Positions 18,826-28,265 of a stretch of 64,000 bases of DNA are shown piece after piece. Each line of letters starts with the position of its first letter. Position 1 is the first letter of the stretch. Made by a program: the position numbers and the translations under genes. The stretch spans positions 7,663-71,662 of the forward strand of contig CAZSAY010000001.1 in the NCBI GenBank assembly GCA_964605225.1, given 5' to 3'. The DNA is from an uncultured Thermodesulfobacteriota bacterium. GTDB taxonomy: Bacteria; Desulfobacterota; GWC2-55-46; JADFVP01. The notes under the pieces are model-generated. The model saw only the letters and a list, made by a program, of their open reading frames with translations, made no database searches and was not told where the DNA came from.

Positions 18826-19257
18826 ATGTTTAACGCATTTTCAGTTATCGCCTCTGGCATGAAGGCACAGCGGGTGAGGATGAATGTCATATCCAGTAAC
18901 CTTGCGAACGCAGGAAGCACGGGCGCTTCGTCGGGCACTCCCTACAGGAGAAGGGACGTGGTATTCAGCACAGTCAGGAACGCTCCAAGCTTCAGGGATG
19001 TTATGGATTCCTCCGGGGGGGCGTCCCTTCAGGGCGTTCGCGTCTCCGCCATAATTGAGGATAAAAGACCTATGAAGAGCGTATACGAGCCCGGTCATCC
19101 AGGTGCGGATTCTAACGGTTATGTGCAGTATCCCAACGTAAATACGGCCGAGGAGATGGTCAACATGATAAGCGCCTCGCGTAGCTATGAGGCCAATGTA
19201 AACGCTTTCAGGGCCACAAGAGAGATGATGATGAGGGCCATGGAGCTTATTCAATAG
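18826..19257 (+). CDS. flgC: flagellar basal-body rod protein FlgC
   Basis: MFNAFSVIASGMKAQRVRMNVISSNLANAGST... and C-terminal SYEANVNAFRATREMMMRAMEL are typical FlgC. Confidence 0.9.
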   Translation: MFNAFSVIASGMKAQRVRMNVISSNLANAGSTGASSGTPYRRRDVVFSTVRNAPSFRDVMDSSGGASLQGVRVSAIIEDKRPMKSVYEPGHPGADSNGYVQYPNVNTAEEMVNMISASRSYEANVNAFRATREMMMRAMELIQ

Positions 19258-19297
19258 CGGTATTTTAACTCATAATTATCTATTTTGGGGGGGTATC

Positions 19298-19597
19298 ATG
19301 GTTGAGCCAATAAAGGGGGTTTCAAATATCATAACCGAGGCCAATGCCCTGAAGGCGCGTGAGAGCGGCCCCGGGAAGGGCGGCTTTGAGGATATGCTAA
19401 AGGAAAGCCTTGAGAAGGTAAATACCCTTCAGGGCGAGGCAGACAGGAGTATAGAGGGCATGGCAACGGGAAAGGGGGGAGACCTTCACGATACGATGAT
19501 AGCCATTGAAAAGGCGGACCTCTCATTTAACCTCATGGTTCAGGTCCGCAATAAACTCATCGCCGCCTATGAAGAGATAATGCGGATGCAGGTGTAA
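19298..19597 (+). CDS. fliE: flagellar hook-basal body protein FliE
   Basis: 99 aa; FEDMLKESLEKVNTLQGEADRSIEGMATGKGGDLHDTMIAIEKADLSFNLMVQVRNKLIAAYEEIMRMQV matches FliE. Confidence 0.85.
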   Translation: MVEPIKGVSNIITEANALKARESGPGKGGFEDMLKESLEKVNTLQGEADRSIEGMATGKGGDLHDTMIAIEKADLSFNLMVQVRNKLIAAYEEIMRMQV

Positions 19598-19600
19598 TAG

Positions 19601-21181
19601 ATGGCCTCTGTAGGAAAACAGATAAATGGCATGGGCTCCGTGAAGCTAACCATACTGGCGCTCCTTGCCCTTATTACGGGAGGGGCTATTATCTTTCTTG
19701 TCACCTGGAGTCAGAGCCCCGAGTACGGCGTGCTCTTTGCCGGGCTTGACCCCGAGGACGCCGGCGCGATTATCGCTAAACTTGGCGACAAGAACATCCC
19801 CTACAAGATAGAGGGCGGTATTATATCCGTACCTGCAGGAAGGGTCCATGAGACGAGGATGGAGCTTGCCGGCGATGGTCTGCCCGGCGGCGGGGGAGTG
19901 GGCTATGAGTTATTTGATAAGAACAACTTCGGGCTTACGGACTTTGTTCAGAAGATAAACTTCAGAAGGGCTATGCAGGGCGAGCTCTCAAGGAGCATTA
20001 CGCAGATTTCCGGGGTTCAATCCGCGCGGGTACACCTTGTTGTGCCTGAAAAAGGGGTCTTTCTTGATGAGAAAAAAAAGGCCCGCGCCTCTATTGTCCT
20101 TAAACTTCGCCCAGGCGCCACGCTTGGTAGCGAAGAGGTACAGGCCATTGTCCACCTTGTGGCGGGCAGCCTCGCCAATCTCAGTCCCCGCGATGTAACC
20201 ATAGTGGATACATCGGGGAGACTCTGGACCACAAAGGGTGATGATAACAGCTCTGCCGGGATTATGAGCTCGCAGATGGATTATAAAAAAAGGGTGGAGG
20301 CAACTCTTGCAGGCCGCGTTCAGTCCATGCTTGAAAAGGCCCTTGGCAGCGGCAAGGTCGTGGCGCGTCTATCAGTAGACCTTGAGAGGCGCCGTGTTGA
20401 CAGGACTGAGGAAATATACGACCCCGATAGTCAGGTTGTAAGGAGTGAGCACAGGACAAAGGAGAGCGCCGGCGCAGGCGGCGTCCCCGGCGGCGTGCCA
20501 GGGGCATTATCCAACCTGCCGGGTTCATCGGGCAAGGCAGGCTCCACGGGGGGCACCTCCACAAAAAAAGACGACGAGGTAATAAATTACGAGATAAACA
20601 AGGTAGTCAAACGCGTAGTGGAACCCTTTGGGCAGATAAAAAAACTCTCCGTGGCCGTCCTTGTTGACGGTACTTACACCGTGGCCGGAGCGGCCGCCGA
20701 TGGCGAGGCCAATAAAAGAACTTATACGGCGAGATCAGAAGAAGAGCTTGCCAAGATAACCTCAATGGTAAAGGCCGCGGTAGGCTTTAATGAAGAGCGG
20801 GGCGATTCCGTAAGCGTGGTAAACATACCTTTTGAAGATACCGTTCCTTTTGGAGATGTCTCAACTCCTGCGCCGGCAGTCCCCATGATGGATAAGATGA
20901 TGCCCCTTGCCGTCAAGTACGGGAGTGTTGGGCTAAGCGTTATCTTCCTTATATTTTTCGTATTAAGACCCATTATAAAAAGGCTCACAGTAGAAAGAGT
21001 CGCCCTTGAGTCAATTGAAAAGAACCTTCCCGCGGCCCTTCAGGGGGGGAGCGATGCACGCGCCCTCGCGCCGGGGAGTAGGGAAAGTAAAGTCGATGAG
21101 ACGGAGAGACTAAAGCAACTGGTAAGGGAAAATCCGAGGCAGGCGGCCATGGTATTAAAGGGCTGGATACAGGAGAGATAG
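19601..21181 (+). CDS. fliF: flagellar MS-ring protein FliF
   Basis: N-terminal TM followed by LFAGLDPEDAGAIIAKLGDKNIPYKIEGG; a second TM near the C-terminus (VIFLIFFVLRPIIKRL); 526 aa. Confidence 0.9.
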   Translation: MASVGKQINGMGSVKLTILALLALITGGAIIFLVTWSQSPEYGVLFAGLDPEDAGAIIAKLGDKNIPYKIEGGIISVPAGRVHETRMELAGDGLPGGGGVGYELFDKNNFGLTDFVQKINFRRAMQGELSRSITQISGVQSARVHLVVPEKGVFLDEKKKARASIVLKLRPGATLGSEEVQAIVHLVAGSLANLSPRDVTIVDTSGRLWTTKGDDNSSAGIMSSQMDYKKRVEATLAGRVQSMLEKALGSGKVVARLSVDLERRRVDRTEEIYDPDSQVVRSEHRTKESAGAGGVPGGVPGALSNLPGSSGKAGSTGGTSTKKDDEVINYEINKVVKRVVEPFGQIKKLSVAVLVDGTYTVAGAAADGEANKRTYTARSEEELAKITSMVKAAVGFNEERGDSVSVVNIPFEDTVPFGDVSTPAPAVPMMDKMMPLAVKYGSVGLSVIFLIFFVLRPIIKRLTVERVALESIEKNLPAALQGGSDARALAPGSRESKVDETERLKQLVRENPRQAAMVLKGWIQER

Positions 21182-21194
21182 GAAAAGAGGTGCG

Positions 21195-22184
21195 ATTATC
21201 AAGGGTATAGAAAAGGCGGCGGTCCTGCTTATCAATGTGGGAGAGAACCTGGCCTCAGAGGTGATGCAGTTTTTGACCCAGAGAGAGGTCCAGGAGGTTA
21301 GCGAGAATATCGCGCGCATGGACTCCGTTCCATCTGAGACAGGTAGAGATGTGGCAAAAGAGTTTGTGGCCAGCTCCGAGACCTCGGGGCTCGCCGTGCA
21401 GGGGCTGGAGTTTGCCAGAAACGTTATTGAGCGGACCCTTGGCCCCGAGAAGGCAAAGCGTGTCCTCGATCAAATTGCCAAGGAAACCGAGGGAGACGGC
21501 ATAAAGGCCCTTACATATATGGACCCCATGGTTGTGGCCAATATGGTAAGGGGTGAACACCCGCAGATAATAGCCCTTATACTTGCCCTTATGCCTCCGG
21601 TGCGCGCTTCTCTTGTACTTAAGGAACTGCCTGAGATACTCATGGGCGATGTCATGCAACGGGTGGCGGTTATAGAGTCCATACCACAGGCGGCTGTTAA
21701 GGAGATAGAGGCTGTAATCAGGGAGCAGGTCCTTGAGTCCGAAGATTCCGTGGGTGATGTTATAGAGGGCGTAAAGGTCGCCGCAGAGATACTTAATCAG
21801 ATGGAGTCTGCCACGGAAACTTCCATCATAGAGTTCATTGACAAGTCAAGCTCCGATCTTGCCGTGAAGATACAGGAAAAGATGTTTGTTTTTACAGATC
21901 TCCTTGAGCTCGAAGACCGGGCCATGCAGGCAATTCTGAAAGAGGTGGAGACCGAGTCCCTGAGCATTGCCCTGAAGGGCGCCGATGAGACCGTGGGCGA
22001 GAAATTCTTCAAGAATATGTCCGAGAGGGCCGCTACCATGCTGAAAGAAGACATAGAGAGCAGGGGACCTGTAAGGGTAAGCGATGTGGAGGCCGCGCAG
22101 ATAGCCGTTGTAAGCGTGGCGAGAAAACTTGAGCAGGAGGGCAAGATTATGAGGGCCGGAAAACAGGGAGATATGATCAAATAA
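21195..22184 (+). CDS. fliG: flagellar motor switch protein FliG (start codon uncertain; apparently non-canonical)
   Basis: The conserved FliG N-terminus IKGIEKAAVLLINVGENLASEVMQFL begins upstream of the first in-frame GTG (21237). The frame is open back to the TAA at 21156 with no ATG/GTG/TTG. ATT (21195) or ATC (21198) follow the RBS-like aaaagagg. The C-terminus is typical FliG. Confidence 0.8.
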   Translation: MIKGIEKAAVLLINVGENLASEVMQFLTQREVQEVSENIARMDSVPSETGRDVAKEFVASSETSGLAVQGLEFARNVIERTLGPEKAKRVLDQIAKETEGDGIKALTYMDPMVVANMVRGEHPQIIALILALMPPVRASLVLKELPEILMGDVMQRVAVIESIPQAAVKEIEAVIREQVLESEDSVGDVIEGVKVAAEILNQMESATETSIIEFIDKSSSDLAVKIQEKMFVFTDLLELEDRAMQAILKEVETESLSIALKGADETVGEKFFKNMSERAATMLKEDIESRGPVRVSDVEAAQIAVVSVARKLEQEGKIMRAGKQGDMIK

Positions 22185-22249
22185 AATATGCCTTTTATCC
22201 CTATCGAACCCCTGCAGTCGATATTTAAAAAAATGGAGAAGAGCTCGTC

Positions 22250-22876
22250 GTGTCATCACATATATACAAGTCCGATAAAAAAGAAGGGGTAGATGTATCT
22301 CCCATTGTCTTTGAGAAGATAAAGGACAGGAGAGTCTCCCATAGAAGGGCCGGCGACAGGGCGGCCGCGCAAGGCGCGGCAGGGCTTTATGAAGATGCCT
22401 ACAGGGCGGGGTTTACCGAGGGAAAGACGGCCGGAGAAGAGGCCGCCAAAAAAGAGGCGGCACTGCGCTGCAGAGGCCTTGAAGAGCTTATTTCCGAGAT
22501 AAGGGATTTTAAGAAGAAACTTTTTACTGAATGCGAGACCGAGGCAGTTCAGCTCTGCATGAGTATCGCCAGAAAAGTAATACAACGGGAGATATCAATA
22601 CAGGAAGACAGTGTGGTTTATATTGTAAAGGAGGCCTTGAAGGCCGCCGTAACCAACGGCAGGATAAGGATAAGGCTTAACCCCGATGATATGGGCATCA
22701 TCAAGGAGCACGGTAGGGAACTGAAACGGTACACACAGGGTTTTTCGGGGGTGGCCCTTGATGGCGACGAGACGCTTGCGCGCGGCGGCTGTATCATCGA
22801 GACAGGTTCCGGAGAGGTAGACGCCACTATTGAGGGACTCCTCGACGAGGTCCAGGGAATCTTAAAAGACAGTTAA
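22250..22876 (+). CDS. fliH: flagellar assembly protein FliH
   Basis: Central coiled-coil and C-terminal region with YRAGFTEGKTAGEEAAKKEAAL...; position between fliG and fliI; GTG start. Confidence 0.7.
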   Translation: MSSHIYKSDKKEGVDVSPIVFEKIKDRRVSHRRAGDRAAAQGAAGLYEDAYRAGFTEGKTAGEEAAKKEAALRCRGLEELISEIRDFKKKLFTECETEAVQLCMSIARKVIQREISIQEDSVVYIVKEALKAAVTNGRIRIRLNPDDMGIIKEHGRELKRYTQGFSGVALDGDETLARGGCIIETGSGEVDATIEGLLDEVQGILKDS

Positions 22877-22884
22877 AAGCGGGC

Positions 22885-23100
22885 ACGTGGGCGAGTGGTC
22901 AAGTGGCGAGTGGTCAAGTGGCGAGTGATCAAGCGGCGAGTGGTCAAGCGGGCGGTTGGGTGTTAAGGGGGGTGAGGGGTGAGTGGGTAAATGGGTGTTA
23001 AAGGGGTGATGGGGGAGGGGCGTAAAGGGGGGCGAAAGAAGTGAGGGGAGCAGGGTTAATGGGTTGGGGGAGATTGCCTGAAGTGATATGGGGGGGTACT
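22885..23100 (+). repeat. G-tract-rich tandem repeat island (15-bp unit GGCGAGTGGTCAAGT x4, then degenerate GGGG-rich units), nearly C-free on the + strand
   Basis: gggcgagtggtcaagtggcgagtggtcaagtggcgagtgatcaagcggcgagtggtcaagcgggcgg... followed by ggggggtgaggggtgagtggg...gggggagggg...gggggg; occupies the fliH|fliI intergenic space. Confidence 0.7.
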
Positions 23101-23159
23101 GTTAAGGAGAGTGCCTTCGTTTCTCTTAAAAGGGTCCCCTTTTATTATAAATAAAGGAT

Positions 23160-24545
23160 GTGAAAGGCATGCAATATTCCAGGGCCCTTAAGAAGAGGCT
23201 CATAGGGCATAGAGAGGCCATCACGGACATGAGGCCCGTGAGAGTCAACGGCAGGATAACGCGCGTCGTGGGACTTGTAATGGAGGGCATAGGTTTTGGC
23301 GCCTCTGTGGGAGAGATATGCAGGGTATATCCAGGTCACGGCATGAAAAACCTTGACTGCGAGGTAGTGGGCTTTTCAGGTGATAAGATTCTCCTTATGC
23401 CCCTTGGTGAGGTCTTTGGTATCGGGCCGGGCAGTAAGATTGTGACAAAGAGAAGTAGCGCGCGAGTCCCTGTGAGCGAGAGGCTCCTCGGCAGGACCCT
23501 TGACGGCCTTGGCCTCCCCATAGACGGCCTTGGCCCCGTGGAACCTGATATGGAGTATCCCCTCTACACCGCTCCGGAGAACCCCCTTAAAAGAAGGCGC
23601 ATAGACAAGGCCCTTGACGTTGGTATTAAGGTAATAAACGGTCTTCTTACCGTGGGACGAGGTCAACGTATAGGGATATTCGCCGGGAGCGGCGTTGGAA
23701 AGAGCGTGCTCATGGGGATGATGGCCAGGAATACGGCCGCCGATGTTAATGTTATAGCCCTGGTGGGCGAGAGGGGCAGAGAGGTAAAGGAGTTCATCGA
23801 AAAAGACCTCGGTCCCGAGGGGCTCGCCCGTTCCGTAGTGGTGGTGGCCACCTCTGACCAGCCGCCGCTAATAAGAATGAGGGCCGCTTTCATGGCTACG
23901 GCCATAGCAGAGTACTTCAGGGACAAGGGCTTGGATGTCCTCCTGATGATGGATTCTGTGACAAGGTTTGCCATGGCCCAGCGTGAGGTCGGTCTTGCCG
24001 CCGGAGAACCTCCGGCCACCCGCGGGTATCCCCCATCTGTCTTTACCATGCTCCCTAAACTCCTTGAGAGGGTAGGTACCTCAAGCTCGGCAGGCACTAT
24101 TACGGGTTTTTACACCATCCTCGTGGAGGGCGACGATATTAACGACCCCATAGGGGATACGACGAGGAGCATACTTGACGGCCATGTAGTGCTCTCACGG
24201 GCCATTGCCTCGGGGGGGCACTACCCCGCCATTGACGTCCTTGAGAGTATAAGCCGCGTGATGATTGATGTGACATCCCCGGGGCATATGAAGGCGGCGG
24301 GAAAGGTGCGCGCCCTTATGGCCTCATACAGAAAGGCCTATGACCTTATAAGCATAGGGGCCTACAAGGACGGAAGTGACCCGGCCGTGGACAGGGCGGT
24401 AAGGGCCATTGACGATATAAACAGATTTTTACGCCAGGGTATGGGCGAGCGTGTAACATTTGATGATAGTCTTGCCATACTAACGGCTCTCTCCGATGAG
24501 TACAGCCTCGATGAGCCGTCGTCCTGCGAGCGAAAAGAGGGGTAA
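23160..24545 (+). CDS. fliI: flagellum-specific ATP synthase FliI
   Basis: Walker A GSGVGKSVLMGMMA, Walker B DVLLMMDSVTRFAMA, F1/T3SS ATPase fold; 461 aa. Confidence 0.9.
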   Translation: MKGMQYSRALKKRLIGHREAITDMRPVRVNGRITRVVGLVMEGIGFGASVGEICRVYPGHGMKNLDCEVVGFSGDKILLMPLGEVFGIGPGSKIVTKRSSARVPVSERLLGRTLDGLGLPIDGLGPVEPDMEYPLYTAPENPLKRRRIDKALDVGIKVINGLLTVGRGQRIGIFAGSGVGKSVLMGMMARNTAADVNVIALVGERGREVKEFIEKDLGPEGLARSVVVVATSDQPPLIRMRAAFMATAIAEYFRDKGLDVLLMMDSVTRFAMAQREVGLAAGEPPATRGYPPSVFTMLPKLLERVGTSSSAGTITGFYTILVEGDDINDPIGDTTRSILDGHVVLSRAIASGGHYPAIDVLESISRVMIDVTSPGHMKAAGKVRALMASYRKAYDLISIGAYKDGSDPAVDRAVRAIDDINRFLRQGMGERVTFDDSLAILTALSDEYSLDEPSSCERKEG

Positions 24546-24554
24546 GGCGGCGGT

Positions 24555-25013
24555 GTGAAGAAATTTCACTTCAATCTTGATGCCCTGCATAAATATCGAG
24601 GCACTCTTGAAGATATGCGCATGAGAGAGTTTTCCGAGGGGGTGAAAAAATTAAGGGACGGCCATAGCGCTCTGGTTCGCTTGAGGCAAGAGATGAAGCG
24701 CCTCACTCTTGAGATAGACCTCATAAGGGAGAGCTACGATAAAAGGCATGAGCTTGCCTTGTATGAGACCTACATGGCGGACCTCAAGGAGCTCATCATT
24801 TTGAGGGATGAGGAGTTAAAGGCCCTTAAAAAAGACCTTGAGCTAAAGCGCCTGGCCCTTGTCGAGTCAATGAAAGAGCGCAAGGTACTGGATGTTATGA
24901 GAGAAAAACTGCTTGAGGAGCACACAGCGAAATCACTGAAGACAGAACAGAAGACCATGGATGATATAGCCTCGACGATGTTCTCATTCGGAGGTGAGAA
25001 AGATGAAAAATAA
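24555..25013 (+). CDS. fliJ: flagellar export protein FliJ
   Basis: ~150-aa all-coiled-coil protein (MKKFHFNLDALHKYRGTLEDMRMREF...) directly after fliI. Confidence 0.7.
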   Translation: MKKFHFNLDALHKYRGTLEDMRMREFSEGVKKLRDGHSALVRLRQEMKRLTLEIDLIRESYDKRHELALYETYMADLKELIILRDEELKALKKDLELKRLALVESMKERKVLDVMREKLLEEHTAKSLKTEQKTMDDIASTMFSFGGEKDEK

Positions 25014-25557
25014 GGTTCTGGCCGTGCTTGTGATCCTGAAGATATCAATCCTGGCCATATGGTTATCCGCAAGCTTTGACCCCTTTTCCTCGGTCTTTGC
25101 GACGGCCGCTCTCCCGCCCGACTCGGAGCCGAGCCATGAGGTGAAAAAAGAAGTTAAAGGGCATGTGCAGGAAAAGGGTTTTATACAGGCCGTAAGACGA
25201 AAAGAAGAAGAACTTCGCATAAGAGAGGATGAGCTGGCAAAGAGAAAACGCAATCTTACCGGGATAAGGGGTGATATAGAGACGAAGGTTACGGAGCTGA
25301 AATCCCTGGTAAAGGAACTTAACTCCATAAAGGGGCAGATAGATAGCTTTAATAACGGCAAGGCCATGCGGCTTGTGAAGATATACGAGAATATGGCGCC
25401 TCAGGACGCCGCCGCAAGGATTGAGCGCCTTGATGATAATATGGCCGCTTCCATACTTGGTTCAATGAAAGAGAAGATCGCAGGTAAGATCCTCGGCCTT
25501 GTCAATGTAGATAAGTCTGTAAGAATCAGCCGTGTGCTGAAGAAGGATATCAAGTGA
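24994..25557 (+). CDS. YlxF/MotE-like flagellar protein with MgtE-N-like domain
   Basis: N-terminal TM, coiled coil, and C-terminal MgtE_N-like region MRLVKIYENMAPQDAAARIERLDDNMAASILGSMKEKIAGKILGLV; same position as ylxF in the B. subtilis fla/che operon. Confidence 0.5.
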   Translation: MRKMKNKVLAVLVILKISILAIWLSASFDPFSSVFATAALPPDSEPSHEVKKEVKGHVQEKGFIQAVRRKEEELRIREDELAKRKRNLTGIRGDIETKVTELKSLVKELNSIKGQIDSFNNGKAMRLVKIYENMAPQDAAARIERLDDNMAASILGSMKEKIAGKILGLVNVDKSVRISRVLKKDIK

Positions 25558-25771
25558 TATGAGTTACGGTGTGCGTCTCGCCCCCGTACCCCTTTAACCC
25601 TCTTGCCCCCTCCGCCCCTCCCGCATTATTATCACGCCTTTTTAATGGCGGGTAAAAATTGCCGGGGGGGTTTTTTTACCCTTGTTTTTGCATCCATTAA
25701 CATAATAATAGCTCATAAGTATTTTCTATAACTTACCATTATTAAATGATTTTTTATATATTATAAAAGCC

Positions 25772-25787
25772 TGGCACGGCCATTGCA
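25772..25787 (+). promoter_or_regulatory. sigma54 promoter (TGGCAC-N5-TTGCA) for fliK-flgD-flgE
   Basis: cCTGGCACggccaTTGCAaa: exact -24/-12 consensus with GG-N10-GC spacing, ~55 nt upstream of the fliK start, in an AT-rich region. Confidence 0.6.
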
Positions 25788-25840
25788 AAGTAGATCTTCG
25801 TAGTCTTAGCCGTTTACCTTAAAAATGGATAGGTTTAGAT

Positions 25841-27475
25841 ATGTCGATTCATTTGACGTTCACTCCCGATAAAAATCTCCCGCCCCGGGGTAAGGTTAAG
25901 ACCCCTGCGGATAAGGTCCATGCCGATAAGGTAATGGGCTTTTTGGGTCTCTCTGTTCAAGACGGCGGAGCTGGCGGCTTTAAGGATAAGCTTATTGCCA
26001 GAGAAAAGGCAGGGACGAACAAGAACAACACCGCGTTGAAGAGGAAAAATAATAAGGCCCCTTACGGGGCTGTAACTTCTCATCACAGTGACGGCAAGGC
26101 TCAGGCGGGGCTTGACTTACATCAAAAAAATATTGTTGCCCTTCCAGAGAAGTTCGATCTTCATGGGGGCGGCGCCCTAAATGGGAACGTTAATGCCCAT
26201 GGCGCCGGTAAAACCCTCTTAATGAAAAGTCCCGTGATTCATGTCGGAGAGGGTTTTGCCATGGGCCGCCGCGGTAATGGCCAAAGCAAGGTTTCCGGCA
26301 AAGCGCCTCTTTCCCTTAAATCCACTCCTGATGGCCCCGATCTTCCCGGGAAGGTTGGAAGAGGTGAAGAAGGCGTCTCAAAGGGAATGCATAAAAGGCC
26401 TTCCAGTCCAAGGAAAGAATTAAAAGGGGCCGTAGTGCAGGCCGGGAAAGGGGGGAAGAATGCCCCTGAGAGCGCGATACCTGGAGTCCGCCATCCTGAT
26501 ACGCCTCTGGAACGGGCCCTCCAGAGTAGTGTTAATTCTCTACAAAATCTATCTTCCATGAACAAAATAGCTCTTAAAGCTCCGGTAACGTCGATGATTA
26601 CTACTATTATGAATCCCCTCAAGGGGGCGGAGCCAGGAGGCGTCTTAAAAAAACATGTCCCAGCGGTAAAGGCGTCTCGAGGTAATAAAAAAAGAAGATC
26701 AGTGGCCACGGGTATTAGGACAAAGGCCCTGAAAGGCGCCTATACCTCAGGCACAGCGTTACCAAAGGGGGCCTCAATGCTCTTCATTGAGACGGTAAAA
26801 GGTAGTGCAGGGGGGATAGGAAGGGAAAATATAGCCTTTGGTGAGGCCCCGGCCTCTACGGCCGCGGCTGATGCGGCGCCTCAGGGCGTGCCCGGTTTCT
26901 TGCTTCCAAAAGGCGATTCAAATGCGGTTTTTAAGGACCCTTCAGCCCTATTCAACATGAACGCTCCTATAGGCAGAGAGACGGCGCAAACAGTGGGCGG
27001 CGCCTTTACCACGGACGTTAAAAACGTCCTGGCCGGTAAGGAGGGTGAATTGATACAAAAGGCCTCAGATGGTGTTGTTATGAGTCTCAGGCAGGCCGAT
27101 AAAGAGATACGCATAAGCCTCAAGCCCGAGGAGCTTGGGCATTTGGAGATAAAGGTGAAGGTTCATCACGGGCTTGTTGAGGCCTCCATTCTTGTTGATA
27201 ATAAAGATGTGATGAACATGCTCAACGCCAATAACGCTTCTCTTAAGGAGCAGTTGGCAAGGCAGGGGCTAATGCTCGGAGGCCTTGAGGTTGCCCTGAA
27301 GCACGGCGGGGGTTCGACCCAAAATAGAAGGGACCTCCGGGGCGGCAACGGCGGCCGCTACGGCAGAGGCACCGGTGCCGTAAGAGGAGCGGCCACGGAA
27401 GATGAGGTAATCCCTATGGCGGCCAAGGCGCACCATGAGACCAAAGCTCAAGGCGCGCTTGACCTTTTTATATAA
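25841..27475 (+). CDS. fliK: flagellar hook-length control protein FliK
   Basis: Long low-complexity Lys/Gly/Ala-rich N-terminal region and a C-terminal Flg_hook domain (IRISLKPEELGHLEIKVKVHHGLVEASILVDNKDVMNMLNANNASLKEQLARQGL). Confidence 0.7.
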   Translation: MSIHLTFTPDKNLPPRGKVKTPADKVHADKVMGFLGLSVQDGGAGGFKDKLIAREKAGTNKNNTALKRKNNKAPYGAVTSHHSDGKAQAGLDLHQKNIVALPEKFDLHGGGALNGNVNAHGAGKTLLMKSPVIHVGEGFAMGRRGNGQSKVSGKAPLSLKSTPDGPDLPGKVGRGEEGVSKGMHKRPSSPRKELKGAVVQAGKGGKNAPESAIPGVRHPDTPLERALQSSVNSLQNLSSMNKIALKAPVTSMITTIMNPLKGAEPGGVLKKHVPAVKASRGNKKRRSVATGIRTKALKGAYTSGTALPKGASMLFIETVKGSAGGIGRENIAFGEAPASTAAADAAPQGVPGFLLPKGDSNAVFKDPSALFNMNAPIGRETAQTVGGAFTTDVKNVLAGKEGELIQKASDGVVMSLRQADKEIRISLKPEELGHLEIKVKVHHGLVEASILVDNKDVMNMLNANNASLKEQLARQGLMLGGLEVALKHGGGSTQNRRDLRGGNGGRYGRGTGAVRGAATEDEVIPMAAKAHHETKAQGALDLFI

Positions 27476-27521
27476 GAAAAGAGTAACACCGAGGTCTTAA
27501 TAAAGATAAAGGAGGTTTCAG

Positions 27522-28175
27522 ATGCAGACAAATCCCCTGGGACTTAACGCCATAGCCACCGGCGGCAGTCCCGTGGCAAAAAACACTCAGGTATCATCGG
27601 ACATGTTTCTTAACCTGCTCGTAACTCAGTTAAAGAATCAGGACCCTCTATCCCCAACGGACAACACGGCTTTTGTGGCACAGCTCGCGCAGTTCAGCTC
27701 ACTTGAGGGTATAAATAACCTCAATGAGAACTTCACCAATGTTTCCGACTCCATGGGAGTGCTTAATAACTACGGTACGGCGGGCCTCATAGGCAAGAAC
27801 GTGACGGTAAGCGGTAAGTCTTTTAACCTTCAGGGTTCTCCCGTACCGCTGGGCTACGACCTTAAGGACCCGGCCGATACTGTGACCTTAACGGTCTTTG
27901 ACGCCGGTGGTCACGTTGCGGGCACGGCCACAGAGAAGAATGTAGCGGCGGGAAGCCATGAGTTTATCTGGGACGGCCTTGATAACAGCGGAGGGCCTCT
28001 GCCTGACGGAGAGTACGAATTCAGCGTTACGGCTGGCGACGGGTCCGGCACTGATCTACCCCTTGAGACCTATATAAGCGGCGCGGTTCAGGGAGTTGAT
28101 TTTTCCGGCGACGAGGCCACTGTTGCCATAGGCGGGGCCCTGTACGGGGCCGGCGGCATTAAAGAGATTTTTTAA
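27522..28175 (+). CDS. flgD: flagellar hook capping/assembly protein FlgD
   Basis: DMFLNLLVTQLKNQDPLSPTDNTAFVAQLAQFSSLEGINNL is the FlgD N-terminal signature; C-terminal Ig-like region. Confidence 0.85.
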   Translation: MQTNPLGLNAIATGGSPVAKNTQVSSDMFLNLLVTQLKNQDPLSPTDNTAFVAQLAQFSSLEGINNLNENFTNVSDSMGVLNNYGTAGLIGKNVTVSGKSFNLQGSPVPLGYDLKDPADTVTLTVFDAGGHVAGTATEKNVAAGSHEFIWDGLDNSGGPLPDGEYEFSVTAGDGSGTDLPLETYISGAVQGVDFSGDEATVAIGGALYGAGGIKEIF

Positions 28176-28265
28176 GGGCATCTTCGGTAACAGTACTTTC
28201 TTCAAGGGTTATGGCAATGACTCAGGCGGGGTATAAATGTTTCAAGACAATAAGGAGGTCATCTC

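Noticed and set aside
22885-23100. G-rich repeats considered as a coding low-complexity (Gly-rich) ORF or a CRISPR array
   Set aside because: Stop codons (TAA/TGA) in all + frames within the island; no spacer/repeat periodicity; flanked by the clear fliH stop and the fliI RBS.
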